A stretch of 64,000 nucleotides of DNA from Lytechinus pictus (lineage: Eukaryota): NCBI RefSeq assembly GCF_037042905.1, contig NC_087251.1, positions 9,984,001 through 10,048,000 of the forward strand, in the 5' to 3' direction. Both the position numbers and the translations under genes were made by a program. How positions within the stretch are numbered: the first letter of the stretch is position 1; each line of letters opens with the position of its first letter. The notes below the pieces were generated by a model. That model was given only the letters and a program-made list of their open reading frames with translations. It was not told where the DNA came from and ran no database searches. This document shows, in pieces, positions 44,483 through 55,014 of the stretch.

Positions 44483-44756
44483 GTGGAGCGTTGTGGCCCA
44501 GTGGATTGGTCTTCAGACTTTGAAACAGAGGGTCGTGGGTTCGAATCCCAGCTATGGCGTAATTTCCTTCGGCAAGAAACTGATCACAATGTACTGCACT
44601 CAACCCAAGTGAGGTAAATGGGTACCGGTAGGTAGTAATTCCTTGAAAAGCTGTGTGCGCTATGAACGCCTAGCTTAGCCGGGTAATATAGGAGCGCCTT
44701 GAGCACCTAACAAGGTGGATATGTGCGCAATATGAATACCCTATATTATCATTATT
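44483..44756 (+). mobile_element. tRNA-derived SINE, same head family, different 3' tail
   Basis: A box TGGCCCAGTGG and B box GGTTCGAATCC. The first ~150 nt align with 22298 onward; ends in a short TTA-rich tail. Confidence 0.88.
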
Positions 44757-44903
44757 TAATGTGTTTACTGTTTAGCATTTTCAAGCAATAAAAGAGGAAA
44801 TCAGGGTGATGATTAGCTTTTCAAATAATACATTTTTTAAAAATAGTATTCCAGTGCAATCATTAGCATGCGATACTGTTAGTTTTAAAACATTAACATT
44901 ATA

Positions 44904-45055
44904 GGGTCCATTTCATAAAGAGTTACAACTATTATAGCTTTGCCGTTATGACAACTACCATGGCAACAGGGCTCGGCGACCAATAACAATCAAGGTTTCC
45001 ATGGAAGTTACAATAAATGGCAAATTTACTATAGTTGTAAGTCTTTATGAAGTGT
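44904..45055. mobile_element. Short palindromic MITE
   Basis: TTCATAAAGAGTTACAACTAT...TTTGCC pairs with GGCAAA...ATAGTTGTAAGTCTTTATGAA. Confidence 0.65.
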
Positions 45056-45269
45056 CAATCTCCCATCTTCTATACCAAAAGACCTCCATATAAAAAATGC
45101 ACAAAAGGTATAACATGTTAAAAATATCCTTCATTATTACTAGCCTCTTCGTGTGTATAATTGCAGCATAATTATAAAGATGGTTGATTGATACCCTGAA
45201 CATATCATCAATATGTTCCAACAAAAATTCTGTTATCAACATTTTCAAATTTGTGTCATTTTTAGCTTG

Positions 45270-45561
45270 TGTCATCACATCGGGCTGTCTCATCGGGTCG
45301 GGCAATCATTCGAGAAAAGGATGCCTTCAATTCCCGAAATGTCAGGTCCAATTTACCTAACCATTTGAGAAATGGACACCCTAAATTCCCACAATGTTGG
45401 GTCCAGTTTACCCAATATTTTTAAAATTAAAGCAAAATTATTGAATGGTCGGGTAAACTGGACCTGACGTTTAGGAATTTAGGGGGCCCTTTTCTCAGAT
45501 GGTCGGGTATTATACGCGAATGGCATTACCCGACCCAACGCAACAAACTGATGTGATGATA
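45270..45561. mobile_element. Degenerate MITE with internal direct and inverted subrepeats
   Basis: TCATCACATC...GGGTCGGGCAAT vs ATTACCCGACCC...GATGTGATGA; internal GGTCCAGTTTACCC / GGGTAAACTGGACC. Confidence 0.65.
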
Positions 45562-46161
45562 AAAACCTAATTTTTTGTGCTTTGCCTTTCTTTTCACTAT
45601 TTAACACTATGAAATATGACTTTTGTATCACCTGTACTTTCATTCCAATACATTCATGATTCTATGGGATGCAGAAAATGCATTTACATAGCATTAAAGC
45701 AATACTTAAAATCATAATGGAAATTGATGTTTTTATATGATTTTGCTCATGTGGAATTGACATGGAGAGAGATTATAATTTAAGCTTGAAAACTTTTGAT
45801 TTAATAATGTATATATAATGCAGTATCCAACACAAAATTAATGAATTGAATTTATTCAAAACAAATTACACATGAACAGTAGTTTCACATAAATGTACTA
45901 GTAAGCTTCAAAAGGGAATTGCACAAAATGTAGTTTTTTTACTGTGTGAATCTTCATCATTCGATGGATTAACATGTGTACCTAATTCCACAATGAGTAA
46001 GAAACTGTGATAAATAGTCAAAGGAAACATATTACTATGGTGTACATGTATATCAAGGTATGCCAGCACACCTGTACTTTCTCTCAATACATAACAGTGC
46101 ATTTTACACAAGAGAAGTGGCTTGTGATATATGAGAGTTTGTGAATTTGAAAAGCTTATCT

Positions 46162-46302
46162 GGGTCCAATAACACAAAGGTTAGTGATTTATTGCTACAT
46201 GTAACAGCCTATCATTTTTGTATGTGTATAGTAGACTAGGAACCAATCAAAATTATTATTTTATATTAGCAATAAATCGCTAATCTTTGTGTAATTGGGC
46301 CC
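46162..46302. mobile_element. Short palindromic MITE
   Basis: GGGTCCAATAACACAAAGGTTAGTGATTTATTGCTA vs TAGCAATAAATCGCTAATCTTTGTGTAATTGGGCCC; ATCT on both flanks. Confidence 0.7.
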
Positions 46303-48353
46303 ATCTTGTCAAGTTGTATCACAGTTGAAAATATAGTGTACATTTGCAGCAAAGGCAAATATTCCAATATGTGAGGCAAATTTCTTGGGATCACAGAAAC
46401 GCATGTAAGACTTACAAGGAGAGATATATGTAAACAAAATACCACATTTTGCATAATATTCTTATTCTGGTCAAAATAATTGCTTCGACTTTGGACATTA
46501 ATTGACTGATGGAAAGTTGACTTATGCAGACTAAATTGTACTCTAACAGTGATTACTGGTAAGACAAGTACAAGTTTTCTTTGATAATGCTATGCTCTTT
46601 TGGCTATGGCTACTGAATAAAGAAATGGAGGGGGAAGTACACATACATGTACTTCATCGAAGCGGGCATATCGACTTATAGCAACATTGCATGACTTCAA
46701 GGATTGCATGACTTCAAGGATTGAAAAGAGTTCTCTGTTTTACTAGGGGAGGAAGGCATTATCTTTTGTGGGGGCACATCATGTTACCTTTTCATATTCT
46801 CCAATAGTCATACATGTACATGTGTGTAATGATTCAGAAATGAAATCTGCAGCATTTTTCACTATTCCAGGCGATAATACAATTTTCTGGAAAAAAAAAA
46901 TCTCTACCGAGATCAAACTCACAGATGACTGCAAGATTTTAAAATGACATACATGTATGGCTAATTGGTAACTGCACCCCCTTCAAGTAAAAATATTTCC
47001 AGAAAATTTGAACATGAAACAATTCAACACCATGTTGTTCACCTCTGACTTTAGAACCAGGTAAAATTGACGATTGATTATTCATCAAAAAGTTGACGCT
47101 ATGGACTCCTGAGAATTTTTAATTCGCACAACGAAGATAATCTCTGGGTGTTATACATTGAAGGTGATAATGTACCACAAATCTGAGAGGACAATATACA
47201 TGTTTTTAATACATTTACTTCACAACAATTACAGATAATCAGTTCACACATGACACTTGAGGTAAACCACAATAAAATGGTGTTGCTATATTTCTGCTTA
47301 GAAATCAGATCAGTGGAGCTTTTGTGCGGTAATTTTTCCCTTCAGCACCTTTCATTTATTTCAGCAGTTTTAACCCTGTGTTCAGAATATTTTCTGGAGG
47401 GAAGGAAATCCCCCATGCATACATGTAGGAGAATCCCCCCCCCCAATTCTTGTAGTTTTTGACGATGCAGTCCCTCTTTATAAAGGGGTTTATGATCCAA
47501 TATTTGGAAAAGAGATTGACCCTGAGTGAAAATTGATGTGGCACAGCTGTTTTCATTGATGTGTGTGAAAAGCGGTGCAGGGATGACATCCCGACAAGTG
47601 CAGTATGATCCCCATATATATAATTTGCATATTCTCTCTACCGCTCAGAGTCTGCGTCCGAGCGGTGGAGACTGGCATATATGCTTGATCATACAATGAA
47701 TAAGCTTGGGAAGAACTTCCTCTTCACTCACGTATTAGTCTGAATGAGTCGGAATGTTCTTCATCCCTGCAGCAGCCTCTTTCAGACAATAACTAGAAGA
47801 CATAAAACACTGCATACGTATAGTCCTATTCTGATGTAAACCTACATCACTTGGAATTGCATACCAGAACCCCATACTGAAACCAAGCTTAAAAAAAAAC
47901 CTCTTGAACAGTTGTGTTTTGACATCTTGATTGCTCCATCCCATATCTTCTCAAACCACCTTAAAACCACCCAAGGGTTCATTACATGCTGCCGCGCACA
48001 GAAAAATCAAGCCATAGAAGTCGTGTGTTGTGGACACCAGAAGTGAGATCCCAGCACGCGCAGTCCACTAGTTAGAAATCCACTGCCAAACGCGGTTCAT
48101 GGTTCGAGGTTAGTATACTAATACTAACCTCGCGAGGTTAGTATACTAATACTAACCTCGCAATACGTGTGAGTGCTTAAAACTACAAGCCATGTGCAAA
48201 TATTCTTATAAGTTCAACTTAAACTTCCCAAAGGTGCTAACTACAAAATATAATATAAGTTTGCTATATACAAGATATATAAATATAACAAGAATTATTG
48301 TTCTATCTAAAACTTTACAAAGATAAAATGAGTTTGAAGAATGTTCAGCAGCA

Positions 48354-48719
48354 TCATATGTTACCAACTATTACATGTTCCTCCATGCCTTCGCTTTCTG
48401 TGATGAGAGCTCGTTCTAAAATCACTTTGCCTTCCTTGTACCTCTGAGATTCCTCTGTGGCAAATTCATAGATCCAACCAAGTTTTGAGTCACAGTTCTT
48501 GCAGAAGACATCTCGTACCATGTGACGTCCAGTTAACATGATCCTATCTTGGACCTCACTAAATGAGAGGTTGACCACTCGTTTGAAGAGGTATGCACGA
48601 CCCGTTGACCCTGTAAAGCGAGTGGACATTAGTTCTGCCCTGTTGGTCAGTACAGTATCACAGTTTGCACAGGAGAACAATCTTGTACCTCCTATATGCT
48701 CAAGGAAAACTCGCCCCAT
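48354..48719 (-). CDS. YPEL5: Protein yippee-like 5, copy A, 121 aa, uninterrupted CDS
   Basis: [20 protein letters not shown]...[14 protein letters not shown]...[17 protein letters not shown]: typical YPEL5/Yippee sequence with both CxxC pairs. A 5'UTR splice acceptor (ttccccag, minus strand) opens the exon at 48742. Confidence 0.96.
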   Translation of the reverse strand: MGRVFLEHIGGTRLFSCANCDTVLTNRAELMSTRFTGSTGRAYLFKRVVNLSFSEVQDRIMLTGRHMVRDVFCKNCDSKLGWIYEFATEESQRYKEGKVILERALITESEGMEEHVIVGNI

Positions 48720-49220
48720 GATAGATGCTTGCTATAAATGCACTGGGGAAACAAAGCAAAGAATATAAATTTGTGGTTAAGTATGTGACTGTTAGAATTC
48801 AAACAGTAAAAATGCATAAATGGAATATGGAAAATGTACTTTCTATTGCAAAGATATTTTCCAATAAAAAACATACAGAACAAAAACCATTTGTGTGTAC
48901 ATAACAAGAAAATACCATTCAACAAAACAAGAAAATATCAATGTTGTTTTTACTCTCTAGTTTCTTTAAACCGTTTCTATTTGAATATGTTCATATTGTA
49001 AGTCATGTAGTTCATAGATAGGAAATCAATGAGTGTAGGGTTATGACCTACTAACAATAATACTCTAAGAAGATTAGATCAAGTAATTCACATGAGAAGC
49101 AAGCAAGTGCACTTTCTCAAAGCTGATTCACAATAGATTATTATTGATTGCAAACAACAATAACTCAAATTGCACCTTAAATGACCTTCTTCAGAACCCT
49201 AGTAGCAAAATTGATTCTTT

Positions 49221-49332
49221 CAGTTCCCCTAGAGTGAACATTTGCCTCAAGTCCATTTCTCGTGACCGGGTGGAGCTAACAACCCGGTCACGAGAAATGG
49301 ACTTGAGGCAAATGTTCACTCTAGGGGAACTG
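49221..49332. mobile_element. 112-bp perfect hairpin (51-bp arms, 10-nt loop), probable MITE
   Basis: 49221-49271 is the exact reverse complement of 49282-49332; flanks TTCTTT / TCCTTT. Confidence 0.75.
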
Positions 49333-50929
49333 TCCTTTCACAGGATAGATAGTCTCCTTTACTTGTACATTTTGATTAAAAAGAAAAGAGCTCACAACTA
49401 AGATGGAAAAGAAATATACTTTTGATTGAATGCACTATTCACAATTACCAAAGCAATGTATTGATAGTGTGAATTTTGTAGAGGGTAGCATATAACTATC
49501 ATTTTATTTCTAGTTGTATACAATGCTACATTATGGGTAATAAATCTAAGACAAACCTACATGTATCTTTGTTTAGCACATTTTGCAACAAAGTTGAAAA
49601 ATTATAAGTTTAGTGGTAGAAAATAAAGCAGCAACTCAAATTAATCAATCATCAAACCAAATGGGAAATAAGTGAAACTATATGAGACGCAAAATGAACA
49701 GAACTGCAACCGATGGAGTCTGGTAGTGCACTGTTTAATCTCTGGGCTACTTTTCCTCAGCTAAACTCAGAATCACATAAATAATTTACATATATTGAAA
49801 TCAAGTAGAGTCAACCAATCAAAAACAATTAATGGAAGGATCGAACTAAAATGTAAGCATCCAATTCATAAAATAAACCAATAAGGAATGAGACGAAGAT
49901 GACAACAATGTCTGAGGATTATGTAATAATGGAAGTAGAAATTATGGAGTCAGGTGATCGAGGGATGGAATGAGTGGAACACCTGAAGAGAGAATAGAGA
50001 AGGAATGAAGATGACAAAAGAGAATGAGAGGAAAGGCATTCAGACTAGAATGAATGACAACTGAATATCATTAAACTCAAATAACCTAAGTTCAGACAGC
50101 AAGGGCAGTGCTGAAAAGAAATGCAAATGAACTCGCGTCTAGACTGAACAGACATAACAGCTGAAGAGACCACAAGTCAAAGGAAATAAACAAAATAGCA
50201 AAATGACAAAATAACCATCCTACATTTTGATCCCATTACATGAACTGAAGAAGTCTAGTGGAGGCCCTATAGCTAATCTCTTGATTGCATAATTTCATCG
50301 GACTTATTATATTAAATTATAATTTGGCAAACTTCAAAGCCTGATAACACATGACCCTATCTGAAATATATGTAAATCTAGAGTCTACAGTACAGTACAT
50401 ATTTTTCCCTAGGCCCGCCGCCCCGGCCCTAGGCTATCTATATACATGTACATGATGTAGGTTGTATTCCCGGGTTGTATTATCCAAAGACCAAACTATT
50501 ATGACATGTCAGACTTCCAAACAAACCTGACTGACACAATTGCAGCAGCCTCTGTGCAAAGTAAATTTCATTTTTACATTGATACCACAAACAAAAGTCA
50601 CAAAGGCAGCAGGAAGTACATGCAACTGCAAGTCGAGTTTCAATCCCAGTCAGATAAACCCACACACACAGCACAGCTGATCATTTCACAAAGGCAGGTA
50701 CAGACTACAGTCACAAGTGTGCCTGGGCTTACCAGATCCAAACAGAGCAGAAAGAAACACAGATCTTGGAGTACAAAAAACGTTCCCAATTATCATTTAG
50801 ACATTATTGTGATACACCTGTAAACTTACATGTACTTACACTATCATACAACTGTCTTTAGGCCTTCGTCTGCTCTGCCTTTTCAAGTAAAGACTGGAAT
50901 GATGGTTATTAATTGCAGCCAGCTACCAC

Positions 50930-51300
50930 CTAGTACACATATCGCCGATCCGATCGCGAGCTATAATTGGGCAGGCCACATAGGCACGTCAGTGTACTCA
51001 GCTCTGTGTACGATCAATCGAGATCGAGAATTACTTCCGCAAACATACGGTGACATCATCATCGTCGGTTTGGCTCATAACAAAACCACGTGCTCAGCAG
51101 CGCGCCAATCGCACGCTTTGGCGCGTTTAAATGGTCATTATTATGCAAGAATAAATTATTTCGGATGAAAGAGTGAATTACAAGTTGAAACAAGCAAGTT
51201 AACAAATGGAAACCTCTAGCAAACTGCCCGCATTAATAACGAAATTATCGGTGCGGGGAAGGGGGGGGGGGGGGAAGTGCGGGCGCACCTTGTAAAAGTA
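50930..51300 (-). promoter_or_regulatory. Candidate promoter / first-exon region of YPEL5 copy A
   Basis: Local CpG enrichment in CpG-poor DNA, CCAAT at 51105, CACGTG at 51087, TGACATCA at 51051, ACTTCCG near 51033. A minus-strand donor-like site CTG|GTAAGC follows 50733. TSS not determinable. Confidence 0.45.
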
Positions 51301-51595
51301 CTAAAATTATAGATGTATGACTATCGATTCAGCCATTACCCATTAGCTAAAATGCGCTTACTTGTGAGTGACGACTTTTTTGCTTGCTTGTCCCTATGAG
51401 GCGCCGAATGTACCAATATTATATAGAACAATTATTTGTTATATAATCATTATTTGTTAAATAATAACTATTATTTATATATAATTTACATTTTATTTGT
51501 AAATAACTACTATTATATAAAATATCATTTCTAATTATTTATATATAATTCCAAGTAATACTTCATTATTTGTAAATAATAATAGTTCGACATTC

Positions 51596-51936
51596 CATTA
51601 TTTATAAATAATGATTATTTGTTTTTCATTATTTATAAATAATGATTATTTGTTTTTCATTATTTATAAATAATGATTATTTGTTTTTCATTATTTATAA
51701 ATAATGATTATTTGTTTTTCATTATTTATATATAATGATTATTTGTTTTTCATTATTTATAAATAATGATTATTTGTTTTTCATTATTTATAAATAATGA
51801 TTATTTGTTTTTCATTATTTATAAATAATGATTATTTGTTTTTCATTATTTATAAATAATGATTATTTGTTTTTCATTATTTACAAATAATGATCATTTG
51901 TTTTTCATTATTTATAAATAATGATTATTTGTTTTT
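51596..51936. repeat. 31-bp tandem array (11 full units) in the left arm of the foldback element
   Basis: Unit CATTATTTATAAATAATGATTATTTGTTTTT; unit starts counted every 31 nt. Confidence 0.9.
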
Positions 51937-54704
51937 CATTATTTATAAATAATTTGTTGAGTTTTCCATTATTTATAAATAATGATTATTTGTTAAATAA
52001 TGAAAACGTCTACTTCATTATTTATAAATAATTTTTTCGAGTGCACCATTATTCTCATTATTTATAAATAATCATTATTTAATGTTCGAGTTTTCCATTA
52101 TTTATAAATAAAGATTATTTGTTAAATAATGAAATATCTACTTCATTATTTATAAATAATAATTTTGTTTCAATATCCCATTATTTATAAATAATCATTA
52201 TTTATAAACAATTTTTACAGTTTGCCATTATATACAAATAATCATTATTTATATACAAATAACCATTATTTATTATATAATGCCATTATTTATTAAATAA
52301 TGCCATTATTTATTAAATAATGCCATTATTTATTAAATAATAGAAAACTCGCTATAACATGCAAATGTGGGACCGCCCATGATATGAATATTCATGATGC
52401 GATTTCCTTTTTCGTGATTTTTCTTCACAAATTTTTGTCCATTTCCTCTTCATAATGACATTTCTTGAAGCAATTTTCTAGGGATATGGTCTGATTGTAA
52501 TATTCTTCATTTTCTATATAACTTCGTCTTCGTAGAAATATCAAAAAGTGTAATTTTATACGATTTTTCCTACAGTTCACAATCCCCATAGGCGCGCGTG
52601 TACGGTAGGGACAACCGGTGAATCGACGGAGTGCTCTTCATCGAAATACTACGTTGGTTGGTCCCCGGAAGTGGCGGGCGGAATTTAGCCCGAATCCTCG
52701 ATGGAAGTCGATCAAGTGCATATGAGCTGAGAGAGTGAAATATCAGTGTACTTGTACAGGCCCTTCTACTTTTTATAAATATTTCTTGTTGCTTTTTTTG
52801 TTAAGTTAATTTTTCCTGGTGTAGAGATAAGTTTCAGTTCTAATAATGCACTTCAAATACATTTTGGAGTGTCTGTTTGAGGCGTTTGGGGCGATTTCAC
52901 CCTGGCCCCAAAATGCTCGCAACGACAATACGGGGGCATGATGACCCCTAAATTTTTAAAAACTTATTTTTCTATTGAAAATTATCACAAAATTCACCAA
53001 AAGTGTGCACGAAAGCCTTCGTATTTCACTTTTAAAACTCCGAAAAGTGCCCAAATGACAAGCTTGGTCGCTTCGCTGTGTCGCTTTCAACTTGAGAACG
53101 TTTACGCGTCTGCTCCCCCCCCCCCCTCCTCCGAAAGAAATTCTGTATACGGCCATGCTCTAAAGAGCCTGGCACATTGATTTATATGTACTTTTCATTT
53201 TCATTATTTTTATCACATTATCATCATGGCCTTACACAGAATTTTTACCGGGGGGGGGGGGGCAGCTAGGACGCGCGTAAAGTTTCTCAAAAAAATCTTG
53301 AAAGCGAGACAGCGACGCGACCAAGCTCAAATGACAAGCTTGGTCGCTTCGCTTTCTCAAGATTTTTATGAGAAAGTTTACGCGCGTCCTGCTCCCCCCC
53401 CCCCCCCCCCCGGAAAAAATTCTGCGTAAGGCCATGATGATAATGAGATAAAAATAATGAAAATGAAGTATACATAAATCAATGTGCCAGGCTCTTTAGA
53501 GCATGGCCGTATACAGAATTTCTTTCGGAGGAGGGGGGGGGGGGGAAAGCAGACGCGTAAACGTTCTCAAGTTGAAAGCGACACAGCGAAGCGACCAAGC
53601 TTGTCATTTGGGCACTTTTTGGAGTTTTAAAAGTGAAATACGAAGGCTTTCGTGCACACTTTTGGTGAATTTTGTGATAATTTTCAATAGAAAAATAAGT
53701 TTTTAAAAAATTAGGGGTCATCATGCCCCCGTATTGTCGTTGCGAGCATTTTGGGGCCAGGGTGAAATCGCCCCAAACGCCTCAAACAGACACTCCAAAA
53801 TGTATTTGAAGTGCATTATTAGAACTGAAACTTATCTCTACACCAGGAAAAATTAACTTAACAAAAAAAGCAACAAGAAATATTTATAAAAAGTAGAAGG
53901 GCCTGTACAAGTACACTGATATTTCACTCTCTCAGCTCATATGCACTTGATCGACTTCCATCGAGGATTCGGGCTAAATTCCGCCCGCCACTTCCGGGGA
54001 CCAACCAACGTAGTATTTCGATGAAGAGCACTCCGTCGATTCACCGGTTGTCCCTACCGTACACGCGCGCCTATGGGGATTGTGAACTGTAGGAAAAATC
54101 GTATAAAATTACACTTTTTGATATTTCTACGAAGACGAAGTTATATAGAAAATGAAGAATATTACAATCAGACCATATCCCTAGAAATTGCTTCAAGAAA
54201 TGTCATTATGAAGAGGAAATGGACAAAAATTTGTGAAGAAAAATCACGAAAAAGGAAATCGCATCATGAATATTCATATCATGGGCGGTCCCACATTTGC
54301 ATGTTATAGCGAGTTTTCCATTATTTAATAAATAATGGCATTATTTAATAAATAATGGCATTATTTAATAAATAATGGTTATTTGTATATAAATAATGAT
54401 TATTTGTATATAATGGCAAACTGTAAAAATTGTTTATAAATAATGATTATTTATAAATAATGGGATATTGAAACAAAATTATTATTTATAAATAATGAAG
54501 TAGATATTTCATTATTTAACAAATAATCTTTATTTATAAATAATGGAAAACTCGAACATTAAATAATGATTATTTATAAATAATGAGAATAATGGTGCAC
54601 TCGAAAAAATTATTTATAAATAATGAAGTAGACGTTTTCATTATTTAACAAATAATCATTATTTATAAATAATGGAAAACTCAACAAATTATTTATAAAT
54701 AATG

Positions 54705-55014
54705 AAAAACAAATAATCATTATTTATAAATAATGAAAAACAAATAATCATTATTTATAAATAATGAAAAACAAATAATCATTATTTATAAATAATGAAA
54801 AACAAATAATCATTATTTATAAATAATGAAAAACAAATAATCATTATTTGTAAATAACGAAAAACAAATAATCATTATTTATAAATAATGAAAAACAAAT
54901 AATCATTATTTATAAATAATGAAAAACAAATAATCATTATTTATAAATAATGAAAAACAAATAATCATTATTTATAAATAATGAAAAACAAATAATCATT
55001 ATTTATAAATAATG
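54705..55014. repeat. 31-bp tandem array (10 full units, inverted) in the right arm of the foldback element
   Basis: Unit AAAAACAAATAATCATTATTTATAAATAATG, 310 nt in total. Confidence 0.9.

Noticed and set aside
45045..45305. Minus-strand ORF containing LITEFLLEHIDDMF, reminiscent of the last helix of a RhoGAP domain
   Set aside because: Its N-terminus is the arm of a MITE, there is no convincing acceptor and no companion exons were found; probably chance. A profile search would settle it.
46688..46723. 17-bp tandem duplication TTGCATGACTTCAAGGA
   Set aside because: Simple local slippage duplication with no further structure.
51355..51394. Minus-strand donor-like site CAA|GTAAGC suggesting the foldback interrupts YPEL5-A exon 1
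   Set aside because: The surrounding sequence looks like an older repeat, and a better donor and promoter motifs lie at 50733-51110; unresolved without transcripts.
52938..54309. Short ORFs inside the foldback element as a transposase
   Set aside because: All are 81 aa or shorter, mostly mirrored by the palindrome, and show no DDE or other recognisable motif.
51596..55014. 31-bp arrays as a CRISPR array
   Set aside because: Units are contiguous with no unique spacers, no cas genes are present, and the context is eukaryotic.
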